A program made the translations under genes and the position numbers. The notes under the pieces are model-generated. The model was not told the DNA's origin. It did not search any database and saw only the letters and a program-made list of their open reading frames with translations. From an uncultured Actinomycetota bacterium (GTDB lineage: Bacteria; Actinomycetota; Actinomycetes; JACCUZ01): a stretch of DNA of 64,000 nt. Below are positions 1 to 12,993 of the stretch, one piece after another. Position 1 is the first letter of the stretch, and every line of letters begins with the position of its first letter. The stretch lies in the NCBI GenBank assembly GCA_963757295.1, contig CAVWQZ010000007.1, forward strand, positions 14,303-78,302, read 5' to 3'.

Positions 1-4
1 ACCC

Positions 5-962
5 ATGGTCCTGGCCCGCGGCCTGGTGAAGCGCTTCGGCGACTTCACCGCGGTCGACGGCATCGACGTCGAGGTCGCGCGCGGCGAGGCGTTCGGCTTC
101 CTCGGCCCCAACGGCGCCGGCAAGTCCTCCACGATGCGGATGATCGGCTGCGTCTCGCCGGTCACCGACGGGCACGCTGCGGGTGCTCGGGCATCGACCC
201 GGCGGTCGACGGCGCCGCGGATCCGGGCCCGGCTCGGCGTCGTGCCGCAGGAGGACACCCTCGACGTCGAGCTGACGGTGCGGGAGAACCTGCTGGTCTA
301 CGGCCGCTACTTCGGGCTGTCGCGGCCGGAGGTCGGCCGAGCGCGGCCGACCGAGCTGCTCGAGTTCGTCCAGCTCGCCGAGCGCGGCGACCAGCAAGGT
401 CGAGCCGCTGTCCGGCGGCATGAAGCGCCGGCTCACCATCGCCCGGTCGCTGATCAACGACCCCGAGATGCTGCTGCTCGACGAGCCGACCACCGGCCTC
501 GACCCGCAGGCCCGGCACGTGGTGTGGGACCGGCTGTTCCGGCTCAAGCAGCGGGCGTGACCCTGGTGCTCACCACGCACTACATGGACGAGGCCGAGCA
601 GCTCTGCGACCGGCTGGTGGTGATGGACGGCGGCCGGATCGCCGCCGAGGGCTCGCCGGCCGCGCTGATCCGCGAGTGGTCGACCCGCGAGGTCGTCGAG
701 CTGCGGTTCCCGCCGGACGAGACCGAGGCCGCGGGCGAGAAGGTCGAGGCGCTGGTCGCGCACGCCGGAGCGGCCGCTGCACGCGCTGGTCGACCGGGTC
801 GAGGTGCTGCCCGACCGCGTGCTGCTCTACGCCGACGACGGCGACGCCGCGGCGGCCGAGGTGCACCGCCGCGGCATCGCAGCCGCAGTCCGTGCTGGTG
901 CGCCGCAGCACGCCTCGAGGACGTGTTCCTGCGGCTCACCGGCCGGACGCCTGGTCGACTGA
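5..962 (+). CDS. ABC transporter ATP-binding protein (DrrA/NodI-like); frame interrupted several times
   Basis: Walker [10 protein letters not shown] is in ORF 5..1033. [12 protein letters not shown] and [27 protein letters not shown] are recovered in other frames. C-terminal [11 protein letters not shown] is followed by TGA at 960-962. Confidence 0.85.
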
Positions 963-1811
963 TGATGGCGCAGACCACGTCGACGCCGCAGACCGGCGCG
1001 CCTGCCGCCGGCTCCGTCCGACGCCGGCGCTGATCGGCTGCGCGCGTTCGACTTCTGGCTGGCGCAGTACCGCCGGACCTGGCGGGGCACCGCGATCTCG
1101 CACCGTCCTCGAGCCGCTGGGCTTCCTCGCCGCGATGGGCCTCGGGCTCGGCTCGCTGGTCGACAGCGGCGCCGGCGGCCGGCGACCCTCGGCGGCGTCA
1201 GCTACCTCGAGTTCATCGCGCCCGGCCTGCTGGCCGCCGTCGGCGATGCAGACGGCGGCCTTCGAGTCGACCTACCCGGTGATGGGCGCGATCAAGTGGA
1301 ACCGGCAGTACCACGCGCATGCTCGCCACGCCGCTGCGCGTCGTCGACGTGCTCGCCGGCCACCTGCTGTTCGTCGCGCTCCGGCTGATCGATCACCGCC
1401 ACGGTGTTCCTCGTCATCATGGTGGCGTTCGGCGCGATCGCGCTCGCCGTGGGCGGTGCTCGTGCCTGCCCGGTCGGCGTGCTGACCGGCTGGCCTTCGC
1501 GCCGGCCATCTTCGCCTTCTCGGCGACCCGCGAGAACGACAGCGGCTTCGCGATGCTGTTCCGGTTCGGCATCGTGCCGATGTTCCTGTTCTCCGGGACG
1601 TTCTTCCCGGTCTCCCAGCTGCCCGACTGGCTCGAGCCGGTGGCCTACCTGACGCCGCTCTGGCACGGCGTCGACCTGTGCCGCGACCTCGCGCTCGGGA
1701 CACCGTGTCGTGCGGCGCGGCGCTCGGTGCACGTCGGCTACCTGCTGCTGTGGGTCGTCGGCGGCTTCGTCGTTCGCGCTGCGCACCTTCCGCAGGCGGC
1801 TGGTCACGTGA
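962..1811 (+). CDS. ABC-2 type transporter permease (first of two), frameshifted
   Basis: ATG overlaps the ATPase stop (TGATG). Fragments FESTYPVMGAIKWNRQYHA and MLFRFGIVPMFLFSGTFFPVSQLPDWLEPVAYLTPLWHGVDLCRDLALG are typical of ABC-2 permeases. The end is RTFRRRLVT then TGA. Confidence 0.7.
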
Positions 1812-2650
1812 GCGCGTCGACCCGCTGGCGCCGTCGCCGCTGCGCGTCACCCCGCCGCTGCTGCCGCCGGCTGGTCGGCACCGGCGGCGCGCGCTACCTC
1901 GTCGAGCGCAACGTGCGGGTCTACCGCCGCGAGCTGGCTGGTGCTCGTCTCCGGGCTCCTCGAGCCGCTCTTCTACCTGTTCTCGATCGGCGTCGGGGTG
2001 TCGCAGCTGGTCGGCGACGTCGCGCTGCCCGGCGGCGAGGTCGTCACCTACACCGCGTTCGTCGCGCCGGCGATGCTCGCGGCCAGCGCCATGAACGGCG
2101 CGATCTATCGACGCGACGTTCAACCTGTTCTTCAAGCTGAAGTACAACAAGCTGTACGACGCGGTGCTGGCCACGCCGGTCACGCCGGTCGACGTCGCGG
2201 TCGGCGAGATCGCCTGGGCGCTGCATGCGCGGCTCGTTCTACTCCGTGCGCGTTCCTCGTCGTGATGCTGGTCATGGGCCTGATCTCGTCGTGGTGGGCG
2301 CTGCTCGCGCTGCCGGCCGTCGTGCTCATCGGCTTCGCGTTCGCCGCGGTCGGGCACGGCGTGCACGACGTACATGCGCTCGTGGCAGGACTTCGAGCTA
2401 CATCACCCTGGTGACGCTGCCGCTGTTCCTGTTCTCGGCCACGTTCTACCCGCTCGTCGGTCTACCCGGAGTCGCTGCAGTGGGTGGTGCGCTGCTCGCC
2501 GCTCTACCACGCGGCCACGCTGCTGCGGGAGCTGACGACCGGCACCGTCGGGCTCGAACTCGCTGGTGCACGTCGCGGTGCTCGTCGGCGCTCGGCCTGG
2601 TCGGCATGGTGGTCACCGGTCGCCGGCTGGAGAAGCTCCTGCTCACCTGA
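1808..2650 (+). CDS. ABC-2 type transporter permease (second of two), frameshifted
   Basis: GTGA start/stop overlap with the upstream permease. Fragments LVSGLLEPLFYLFSIGVGVSQLVG, VTLPLFLFSATFYPL and SPLYHAATLLRELTTG, ending RRLEKLLLT. Confidence 0.7.
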
Positions 2651-2680
2651 GCCCGGCGGTCGCGCCCTAGGCTTCCGGTC

Positions 2681-3183
2681 GTGCCGACCGACGACGTGTT
2701 CGCCGACGTACTGGGTGCCAACGAGGCCTACGCCGCGCGCTACCAGCACGGGGAGCCTGGAGGCCACCGCCGCTCGCGGCCTCGCGGTCCTCACCTGCAT
2801 GGACTCGCGGATCGACCCGCTGAACATGCTCGGGCTCTCGCCGGGTGACGCCAAGATCCTGCGCAACGCCGGCGCCCGGGTGACCGACGACGTGCTGCGC
2901 ACCCTGGCGCTCGCGTCGTTCCTGCTCGGTGTGCGAGCGGGTCATGGTGGTCGCGCACACCGGCTGCCGGATGGCCAGCGGCACCGAGGAGGACATCCAC
3001 GAGGCCATCCGCGAGGCCGGCGGTCCGGACACCCGCAGCATCTCGTTCCTCACCACCACCGACCAGGAGGCCGCGCTGCGCGACGACGTGCAGCGGATCC
3101 GGTCGTGGCCGTTCCTCGGGACGGTGGCCGTCGGCGGCTTCCGGTACGACCTGGACACCGGGCGGCTGCGCCAGGTCTGCTGA
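2681..3183 (+). CDS. beta-class carbonic anhydrase, frameshifted
   Basis: VLTCMDSRIDPLNMLGLSPGDAKILRNAGARVTDD and VMVVAHTGCRM carry the C..D.R and H..C zinc-site motifs of beta-CA. The C-terminus GGFRYDLDTGRLRQVC ends at 3183. Confidence 0.85.
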
Positions 3184-3202
3184 CACCGGCGATACTGGGC
3201 CG

Positions 3203-3395
3203 GTGCGAGTGTCGGACTTCTGGGAGCGGATGCGTGCGGTCTTCGGGCCGCACGCCGAGTCGCTCGTCGAGCTGCACGTGCTCAGCCAGCTGGGCGGCCG
3301 GACGCCGGCCCAGGCGCTCGCCGCGGGCGAGCCGACGCGTCGACGTCTGGCGCGCGGTCTGCGAGGGCCTCGAGGTCCCGGCCTCGAAGCGATGA
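3203..3395 (+). CDS. DUF3046-like small protein (commonly found upstream of actinobacterial recA), one frameshift
   Basis: MRVSDFWERMRAVFGPHAESLVELHVLSQLGGRTPAQALAAGE continues in another frame as VDVWRAVCEGLEVPASKR. Confidence 0.65.
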
Positions 3396-3408
3396 CGGAA
3401 GGCGCTCC

Positions 3409-4744
3409 GTGACCTCACCGGCACCCGAGGACGAGACTCGGCAGCGCTTCATCGTCGACACCCTGGTCGACGCCTTCGCCGAGCTGATGGAGGCCGACGC
3501 GGACGCGTTCCGGGTCAAGTTCCGCAAGATGGCCGCCGACCCGTGGGCGTTCTACCGGGGCAGCGCCTGCGTGTTCTACGCCGACATCGCGGGCGCGGAC
3601 GACCCCTGGGTCGACGAGCGGACCGGGCGGGTCTGGATCCAGGGCGACCTGCACGCCGAGAACTTCGGCACCTACATGGACGGGGAGGGCCGGTTCGTCT
3701 TCGACGTCAACGACTTCGACGAGGCCTACCTCGGGCCGTGGACCTGGGACCTGCGCCGGTTCGTGGCCAGCCTGGCCCTGATGTGCTGGCAGAAGGCGCT
3801 GCCGGACGAGGTGATCGACGACCTGGTCGCGACCTACCTGCGGGCCTACGTCGACCAGGTGCACCGCTTCGTCGACAGCGACCGCGACCACGAGTGGGCG
3901 CTCCGGCTCGACACCGCCAGCGGCGCCGTGCTCGCCGCCCTCCAGCAGGCCCAGCTGTCCACCCGCGTGGACCTGCTCGACCGGATGACCGTCGTCGAGG
4001 ACCACCAGCGCCGGTTCCGGCAGAGCGACTCCGGCGCGGGAGCTGGGGCTGCGCGAGCGACGTCGGGTGGAGAAGGCCTACGCGGCCTACCTGGACACGA
4101 TCCCCGAGTCCAAGCGGCTGGGCAGCCTCACCTACACCCTCAAGGACGTGGTCGCGACCTCCGGCTTCGGCATCGGCAGCGCCGGGCTGCCGGCGTACAA
4201 CCTGCTGGTCGAGGGGCACACCCAGGCGCTGGAGAACGACGTCGTGCTGTCGATGAAGCAGGGCAACGTCGCCGCGCCGAGCCGGGTCGTCGACGACGAG
4301 GAGGCGCGGCAGTTCTTCGCCCACCACGGGCACCGGACCGCCGTGTCGCAGTCCGCGCTGCAGGCGCACGCCGACCCGTGGCTGGGCTGGACCGAGCTCG
4401 GCGGCACCGGCTACGTGGTGGCCGAGGTCTCGCCGTACGACGCGGACCTGGACTGGTCGGCGCTGTCCGAGCCCGGGCAGCTGCGGCCGGTGGTCGAGCA
4501 GCTGGGCTGCGCCACCGCGAAGGTGCACTGCGTGAGCGACAAGGACTCCGGGGACACGCCGCTGGTCGACTTCCAGACCGAGGACGCCGTGGCGGAGGCC
4601 GTCGGCGACCGGGTGGACGAGCTGGTGGCCGACCTCACCCGGTTCGCCCACGAGTACGCCGAGCGGGCGCGGGACGACCACCACCTCTTCGTGGCCGCCT
4701 TCCGGTCCGACCGGGTGCCCGGCGTCAGCTCGACCGACGGATGA
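3409..4744 (+). CDS. DUF2252 domain protein, one frameshift near 4030
   Basis: The N-terminal half is in ORF 3409..4812 ([36 protein letters not shown]). The C-terminal half is in ORF 4067..4744. Confidence 0.8.
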
Positions 4745-4792
4745 GGCAGCGAGCGGGAGTCCGTCGGCGTGTCGCGGCGGACCTTCGCCGGG

Positions 4793-4808
4793 TCGAACAG
4801 GTGTTCGG
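4793..4808. promoter_or_regulatory. LexA (SOS) box upstream of recA
   Basis: TCGAACaggtGTTCGg matches the actinobacterial TCGAAC-N4-GTTCGA consensus at 15 of 16 positions. It lies about 140 nt upstream of the recA ATG. Confidence 0.7.
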
Positions 4809-4946
4809 GTAGCGTCCACAACCGACAGACCCGATCAGCGATTTCCACAGACTCGTCCGGCCCCGCAGGTCATGTCCGGGGTCGGCTCTAGGTTCGGACA
4901 CGTGACGAAGAAGACGACTCGATCCTCCTCTCCCGGGACGGCAGCC

Positions 4947-5996
<1,050 letters not shown>

Positions 5997-6008
5997 CCGT
6001 GGCGCTCC

Positions 6009-6617
6009 GTGCCGACGCGGCGGGTCGGGGTGGTCCCAGCGGGCCCACCCCCGGCAGCCTCGCCGACGCCGGTCCCGGAGCCGGACCCGGACTCGGTGGC
6101 GCGCACGATCCTGCTGCGCCGGCTCGCCGCGGCGCCCCGGACCCGGGCGCAGCTGGCGGCCGACCTCGCGGCCCGCGAGGTGCCCGGCGACGTCGCCGAG
6201 CGGGTGCTCGACCGGTTCACCGAGGTCGGCCTGATCGACGACGCTCGCGTTCGCCGCGACCTGGGTGCGCACCCGGCACGCCGGCCGCGGGCTGTCGCGC
6301 AGCGCGCTGCGCCGCGAGCTGCGCGACAAGGGCGTCGACGACGCGACGGTCGCCGACGCGCTCGACGCAGATCGACGTCGACGACGAGGCCGACGGCGGC
6401 CCGGGCGCTGGTGGCCCGCCGGCTGCCGGCCACCCGCGGGCTCACCCGGGAGGCGCGGACCCGGCGGCTGGTGGGCCAGCTGGCCCGCAAGGGATATCCC
6501 GGCGGGATGGCGATGGCCGTCGTCCGGGACGCCCTGGCGGCCGAGGGCGCGGACGAGGGGGAGACGGGAACGAGCCGGACCTCCGTAGGGTCGGGGGATG
6601 AGCAGCCGGTGGCGTGA
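6009..6617 (+). CDS. recX: recombination regulator RecX, frameshifted
   Basis: It lies immediately downstream of recA. Fragments ARTILLRRLAAAPRTRAQLAADLAAREVPGDVAERVLDRFTEVGLIDD, LRRELRDKGVDDATVADALD and LVGQLARKGYPGGMAMAVVRDAL. Confidence 0.85.
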   Translation: MPTRRVGVVPAGPPPAASPTPVPEPDPDSVARTILLRRLAAAPRTRAQLAADLAAREVPGDVAERVLDRFTEVGLIDDARVRRDLGAHPARRPRAVAQRAAPRAARQGRRRRDGRRRARRRSTSTTRPTAARALVARRLPATRGLTREARTRRLVGQLARKGYPGGMAMAVVRDALAAEGADEGETGTSRTSVGSGDEQPVA

Positions 6618-7074
6618 CCTGGCCCGTCGCGCCTTCGGGGCGGCGGTGCGCCCGCGGCAGCAGCCGACACCTGTCGGATCGACGAAGGTCCGGGTCGGCC
6701 CACCCGAGCGGGCGGCACCTCGAGTACAGCCCGGAGCTCGACGGCCGCGCCGACCCCGGTGAGGTCGTCTGGACCTGGGTGCCGTTCGAGGAGGACGCCA
6801 GCCAGGGCAAGGACCGGCCGCTGCTGGTCGTCGGCCGCGACGGCTCCCGGCTGCTCGGCCTGATGCTGTCCAGCCAGGAGTACCACCGCGGCGACCCGGC
6901 CTGGCTCGGCCTCGGCTCCGGAGCCTGGGACGGCGAGCACCGGCCGAGCTGGGTCCGGCTGGACCGGGTCATCGAGGTCCGGGAGGACGGCATCCGGCGC
7001 GAGGGCGCGGTGCTCGACCGGCCCGGTTCGACACCGTCGCCACGGCCCTGCGCCGCGACCACGGCTGGAGCTGA
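6598..7074 (+). CDS. PemK/MazF-like growth-inhibitor family protein, frameshifted
   Basis: The ATG overlaps the recX 3' end. GEVVWTWVPFEEDASQGKDRPLLVVGRDGSRLLGLMLSSQ and RPSWVRLDRVIEVREDGIRREGAVLD fit the PemK-like SH3-barrel pattern. The end is RFDTVATALRRDHGWS. Confidence 0.55.
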
Positions 7075-7113
7075 ACCGGCCGGCGGGAGCCGGGCCTACC
7101 TCTGCCGACCTCG

Positions 7114-7611
7114 TCAGGCGACCTCGCGCGAGCCGGCCGGTCGCCGACGTCGAACACGAAGCCGCGCACAGCGTCCTTCGGTCGGGATGAACGGGCTGTT
7201 CCGGATCGCGGGCGATCGACTGCCGCACGTCCTCGTCGAGGTCGGAGAAGGACTCGGCCGCCCACTCCGGCTTGATGCCGGTCTCCTTCTGGATCGCCGG
7301 ACTTGAACTCGTCGTCGGTGAAGGTGAGCATGCCGCAGTCGGTGTGGTGGATGAGGATGATCTCGGTCGGTCCCGAGCAGCCGCTGGCTGATGGCGAGCG
7401 ACCGGATCTCGTCGTCGGTGACGACGCCGCCCGGCGTTGCGGATCACGTGCGCCTCGCCCTCGGCGAGCCCGAGCGACGCCGTAGACGTTGAGGCGCGCG
7501 TCCATGCAGGCGAGCGACGGCGACGTGCTTGGCCGGGGGGAGCGGGAGCGGGCCGGTGAAGGTCTCGGCGTACTGGGCGTTGTTGGCGAGCAGGTCGTCG
7601 GTGACTGTCAT
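7114..7611 (-). CDS. second beta-class carbonic anhydrase, heavily frameshifted
   Basis: Pieces lie in three minus frames: MTVTDDLLANNAQYAETFTGPLPLPPAKHVAV, CMDARLNVYG, EIILIHHTDCGMLTFTDDEFKS, AIQKETGIKPEWAAESFSDLDEDVRQSIAR and VRGFVFDV. Confidence 0.8.
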
Positions 7612-7711
7612 GGCTCGATCCCATCGCCTGAAATTACAGTTTGTCAACCAATGAACAGTAGTTATGGACAGAGTCGCGCGCACGCGCCGACGACGTACGC
7701 TGGGCGGCGCT

Positions 7712-9198
7712 ATGAGCGTCCGCAGCTACGAGGTCCGCACCTACGGGTGCCAGATGAACGTGCACGACTCCGAGCGGCTCTCCGGGCTGCTCGAGGACGC
7801 CGGCTACGTGCGGGCCGGCGACGGCGCGACAGCCCGACGTCGTGGTCTTCAACACCTGCGCGGTGCGGGAGAACGCCGACAACAAGCTCTACGGCAACCT
7901 CGGCCACCTGGCGCCGGTGAAGAAGGCCAACCCCGGCATGCAGATCGCGGTCGGCGGCTGCCTGGCGCAGAAGGACCGCGGCGAGATCACCCGCCGCGCG
8001 CCGTGGGTCGACGTCGTCTTCGGCACCCACAACATCGGGTCGCTGCCGGTGCTGCTCGAGCGGGCCCGGCACAACGAGGAGGCGCAGGTCGAGATCCTCG
8101 AGTCGCTCGAGGTCTTCCCCTCGACGCTGCCGACCCGGCGCGAGTCGCCGTACGCCGCCTGGGTCTCGATCAGCGTCGGCTGCAACAACACCTGCACGTT
8201 CTGCATCGTGCCGTCGCTGCGCGGCACCGAGAAGGACCGCCGGCCCGGCGACGTGCTCGCCGAGGTCGAGGCGCTGGTCGCCGAGGGCGTGCTCGAGGTG
8301 ACGCTGCTCGGGCAGAACGTGAACTCCTACGGCGTGGAGTTCGGCGACCGGCTGGCGTTCGGCAAGCTGCTGCGGGCCTGCGGCGAGATCGACGGCCTCG
8401 AGCGGGTGCGGTTCACCCGCCCGCACCCGAAGGACTTCACCGACGACGTGATCGCCGCGATGGCCGAGACGCCGAACGTCATGCCCTCGCTGCACATGCC
8501 GCTGCAGTCCGGCTCGGACCGGATGCTCAAGGCGATGCGCCGGTCCTACCGGCAGGAGCGCTACCTCGGCATCATCGACCGGGTCCGCGCCGCGATGCCG
8601 GACGCCGCGATCACCACCGACATCATCGTCGGCTTCCCCGGCGAGACCGAGGACGACTTCGCGCAGACGCTGCGACGTCGTGCGCGAGGCCCGGTTCGCC
8701 GGCGCCTTCACCTTCCAGTACTCCAAGCGCCCCGGCACCCCGGCGGCCGACGCTGCCCGACCAGCTGCCGAAGGCGGTCGTGCAGGAGCGCTACGAGCGG
8801 CTGCTCGCGCTGCAGGAGGAGATCTCCTGGGCGGAGAACAAGCGCCAGGTCGGCCGGGTGCTCGAGGTGCTGGTCGCCGAGGGCGAGGGCCGCAAGGACG
8901 GCGCCACCCACCGGCTGTCCGGCCGCGCGCCGGACAACCGGCTGGTGCACTTCGCGGTCCCGCCGGACGTCGCGGCCGCCGCGGCCGGGCGACGTCGCGA
9001 CCGTCGAGGTCACCTACGCCGCGCCGCACCACCTGGTCGCCGACGGCGCGTTCGGCGGGGTGCGCCGCACCCGGGCCGGCGACGCGTGGGAGGCCCGCCA
9101 GGGCGGTACGCCGGCAGCGGCCGGCGTGCTGCTCGGCATGCCGGGCGTCGGGGCGCCGGTCACGGTCGGCCGCGCCGGCCGGCGTCACCTGCGGCTGA
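7712..9198 (+). CDS. miaB: tRNA-i6A37 methylthiotransferase MiaB, several frameshifts
   Basis: [37 protein letters not shown], and the radical-SAM motif [16 protein letters not shown]. The TRAM-like tail is [42 protein letters not shown]. Confidence 0.95.
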
Positions 9199-9199
9199 C

Positions 9200-9903
9200 G
9201 TGCTCGTCGCCGCCGCGGTCTGCCCGCACCCGCCGCTGCTCGTCCCGGGCGTCGGCGCCGGCGCGTCCGGCGAGCTCGACGACCTGCGGACGGCCTGCGA
9301 CGCGGCGGTCGCCGACCTGCTCGCGAGCGACCCGACGCTGGTCGTGGTGGTCGGCGGCGCCGCCGCCGTCGGACCGTTCCCCGACGGCGCGTGGGGGAGC
9401 CTGTCGGCGTACGGCGTGCGGGTGCCGGTCGGTGCCGGCGAGGGCGACCCGACCCTGCCGCTGTCGCTCACCCTGGGGCGCTGGCTGCTCGACCGCGCGG
9501 CGGCCCGGCGCCGCCCGCGCTGCTGTTCGGCGTCGAGCCGGACGCCGGCACCGAGCGGTGCGCTCGCCCTGGGCGAGGCGCTCGCGGACCGGGCCGACCG
9601 GGTGGCGCTGCTGGTGATGGGCGACGGCAGCGCCCGCCGCAGCCTCAAGGGCCCGGCCGGCCTGCACCCGGACGCCGAGCCGTTCGACACCGAGGTCGAG
9701 CCGGCGCTGCGCGCCGGCGACGCCGACGCGCTCGCGGCGCTGGACCCGGACCGGGCCGCGGACCTGCTGGCCGCCGGTCGCGCGCCGTGGCAGGTGCTGG
9801 CCGGCGCGGCCGCGGACGGCCGCTGGCACGGGCGTCGGTGACCTGGGCCGGCTCGCCGTACGGCGTGACCTACCTGGTCGCGACCTGGACCGCCGCCGGC
9901 TGA
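9200..9903 (+). CDS. class III extradiol dioxygenase subunit B-like (DODA-type) domain protein, frameshifted
   Basis: [31 protein letters not shown] and [19 protein letters not shown]. The position after miaB is common in actinobacteria. Confidence 0.55.
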
Positions 9904-9913
9904 CGGCAGCGCG

Positions 9914-10169
9914 TCACTGCGTCGGCGGGTGCGGCTTCGGTGGGTGCGGCTTCGGCTTCGGGTCGTCCGGGATGTCGTCGTTGCGGCCGTCGAGCTTGTC
10001 CAGCGCGTTCTTGGCCGCCGCGACGCCCGTGTCGATCTGGCCGGCGTGCTTGCCCTTGGTCTTCTTGTCGGCCAGGTCGGCGGCCTTGTCGATGCCCGGC
10101 GGCGATCTTGTCGCCGTGCTGGTCGACGGCCGCCGTGGCCTTCTTCTTGATGTTGTCGAACATGCCCAT
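9914..10169 (-). CDS. MT0933/Rv0909-like small protein annotated as an antitoxin in databases; one frameshift
   Basis: MGMFDNIKKKATAAVDQHGDKIAAG then IDKAADLADKKTKGKHAGQIDTGVAAAKNALDKLDG, followed by a proline-rich tail. Confidence 0.55.
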
Positions 10170-10209
10170 CGCCCCACCGTAGTCCGCGGGTGCGCGAGAC
10201 TGCCGTCCC

Positions 10210-11125
10210 GTGACCGCCGCCGACCCGCACCGCGCCCGGTGCTGGCCGTCGTCGGCGCGACCGCGGTCGGCAAGAGCGACCTCGGCGGTGGCGCTGGCGC
10301 AGCGGCTGGGCGGCGAGATCGTCAACGCCGACTCGATGCAGCTCTACCGCGGGATGGACGTCGGCACCGCGAAGCTGCTCCGAGGCCGAGCAGGGCGGCG
10401 TCGTCCACCACGTCCTCGACGTGTGGGACGTGCGCGACGAGGCGAACGTCGCCGGCTACCAGCGGATGGCCCGCGCGGCGTTCGCAGCCGCCCGGGCCCG
10501 CGGCGCGCGGCCGGTGCTCGTCGGCGGCTCCGGGCTCTACGTGCGCGCCGCGCTGGACCGGCTGGAGTTCCCCGGCACCGACCCCGAGGTCCGGGCCCGG
10601 CTGGAGGCCGAGCTCGCCGCCGACGGGCCGGGCGCGCTGCACCGCCGGCTGGCCGAGGTCGACCCCGAGGCGGCCGCGCGCATCCTGGCCAGCAACGGGC
10701 GCCGGCTGGTCCGGGCCCTCGAGGTCATCGAGCTGACCGGGCGGCCGTTCACCGCGGCGCTGCCGGAGCCGGCGTACGAGGTGCCGGCGGTGCAGGTCGG
10801 CCTGACCCTGCCGCGGCCGGTGCTCGACGAGCGGATCGCGGCCCGGGTGGACCGGATGTGGGAGCAGGGGCTGGTCGAGGAGGTGCGCGGGCTGGCCGCC
10901 GCCGGGCTGCGGGAGGGGCGCACCGCGTCCCGGGCGCTGGGCTACGCCCAGGTGCTGCGGCACCTCGACGGCGAGTGGACCGAGGAGCAGGCGCGGGACG
11001 AGACGGTGCGGGCGACCCGGCGGTTCGCCCGCCGCCAGGAGTCCTGGTTCCGCCGGGACCCGCGGGTGGTCTGGCTGGACGCGGCCGACCCCGACCTGCG
11101 TCGAGCCGGGCGCTGGGCGAATTGA
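10210..11125 (+). CDS. miaA: tRNA dimethylallyltransferase MiaA, frameshifted in the N-terminal part
   Basis: [13 protein letters not shown] (P-loop), [56 protein letters not shown] and [14 protein letters not shown]. Confidence 0.92.
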
Positions 11126-11149
11126 CCCGTTCCTGATAGAGATGTCCGC

Positions 11150-12989
11150 ATGATCCTTCGCCGCCACGCACTGCTCGCCGGCCGTCGACGGCCCTGGCCG
11201 TCCCCGCCGCCCTGCTCGCCGGGATCGCCGCAGGCCGGGGCCGCCGAGGACGCCGCGGCGCACCGCGCCACCGCCAAGCAGCCCACCGCCGTCGGGCGCG
11301 GCGGTGCGGTCAGCACCGTGGACCCGGAGGCCACCCGGGCCGGGCTGCGGGTCCTGCGCCGCGGCGGCAACGCGGTCGACGCGGCCGTCGCGGCCGCGGC
11401 CACCCTCGGCGTCACCGAGCCCTACTCCTCGGGCATCGGCGGCGGCGGCTTCTTCGTCGATGTACGACGCCGAGTCGGGCAAGGTGCGCACCCTGGACGG
11501 CCGCGAGACCGCGCCGATGGCGACCCGGTCCGACACCTACCAGGGCCTGACCTTCGACGAGGCGGTGACCAGCGGCCTGTCGGTCGGCGTCCCCGGCACG
11601 CCGCGGCTCTGGGCCCGCGCGCTGCGCCGGTGGGGGACGCTGAGCCTGGCGCAGGCGCTGCGGCCGGCGGCCGGCGTCGCCCGCCGCGGCTTCGTCGTCG
11701 ACCAGACCTTCCGCGACCAGACCGCGGCCAACGAGGCCCGGTTCCGCGACATCGTGCCGACCCGCGAGCTGTTCCTGCCCGGCGGCGAGCTGCCGGCGGT
11801 CGGCTCGGTGTTCCGCAACCCGGACCTCGCCGACGACCTACGACCGGCTCGGCCGCAAGGGCGTCGGCTGGCTGTACGACGGCCGGCTCGGCCGCCAGAT
11901 CGTGCACACCGTGCAGGCGCCGCCGAAGGACCCGGCCGCCACCCGCAACGTGCGGCCCGGGCCTGATGACCCGCGCCGACCTGAAGCGACTACCGCGCCG
12001 TCGTCGCGCAAGGCCGACCAGCGTCGGCTACCGCGGCCTGAAGGTGTGGGGCATGCCGCCGCCGTCCAGCGGCGGGTCCACCGTCGGCGAGGCGCTGAAC
12101 ATCCTGCGAGAACGTCGACCTCGCGCGCGACCTACAGGGCCGACCCGACCAAGGCGCTGCACGACTACCTCGAGGCGAGCGCGCTGGCCTTCGCCGACCG
12201 CGGCGCGTACGTCGGTGCGCCTCGCGCGATGCAGCCCGGCGTGCTGAACCGGCTGCTGTCGCAGGGGTTCGCCGACGAGCGGTTCTGCGCGCTGGACCAG
12301 ACCAAGGCCGCGACCAAGCCGGTGCCTGCGGGCGACCCGGACGGCCAGCTACGACACCGACTGCGACGGCGCGGACGACAGCAGCCGCGGCCGCCACCCG
12401 TGACAACGAGGGCCTGTCGACCACGCACCTCACCGACCGCCGACCGCTGGGGCAACGTCGTCACCTACACGCTGACCATCGAGCAGACCGGCGGCAGCGC
12501 GCTGACCGTCCCGGGCCGCGGGTTCCTGCTCAACAACGAGCTGACCGACTTCGACCTCGCGCCCGACCTCGGCCGACGCACCCAACGCGCCCGGCCCCGG
12601 CAAGCGGCCGCGGTCGTCGATGTCGCCGACGATCGTCAGCCGACCACGGCCGGCCGGTGCTCGCCACTCGGCTCGCCGGGCGGCTCGACGATCATCACCA
12701 CGGTGCTGCAGGTGCTGCTCAACCGGCTCGACTTCGGGATGTCGCTGCCGCAGGCCGTCGCGGCACCGCGGGCCAGCCAGCGCAACACCAAGGACGTGCA
12801 GGCGGAGGCGGCGTTCGACCGGGCCGGCCTGGCGGCCTACGGGCACACCTTCGTCGACCCGCCGGCTCCGGGCGAGATCGGCGCCGTCACCGGCATCCAG
12901 CTCGGCAAGCAGCGGCCGGCTGGTCGCGGTGGCCGAGCCGGTGCGCCGTGGCGGCGGCGACGCCCGGGTGGTGCGGCCCCGCCGACTGA
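11150..12989 (+). CDS. ggt: gamma-glutamyltransferase, multiple frameshifts
   Basis: GGAVSTVDPEATRAGLRVLRRGGNAVDAAVAAAATLGVTEPYSSGIGGGGFFV, the catalytic-Thr region TTHLTTADRWGNVVTYTLTIEQTGGS, and PLGSPGGSTIITTVLQVLLNRLDFGMSLPQAVAAPR. Confidence 0.88.
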
Positions 12990-12993
12990 CCAG

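Noticed and set aside
7652-7665. An SOS-box-like GAACagtaGTT in the AT-rich carbonic anhydrase / miaB intergenic region
   Set aside because: Only the inner GAAC-N4-GTT core matches and the flanking TC/GA positions do not. The patch is more simply read as a promoter (TTGTCA at 7639, then 16 nt, then TATGGA).
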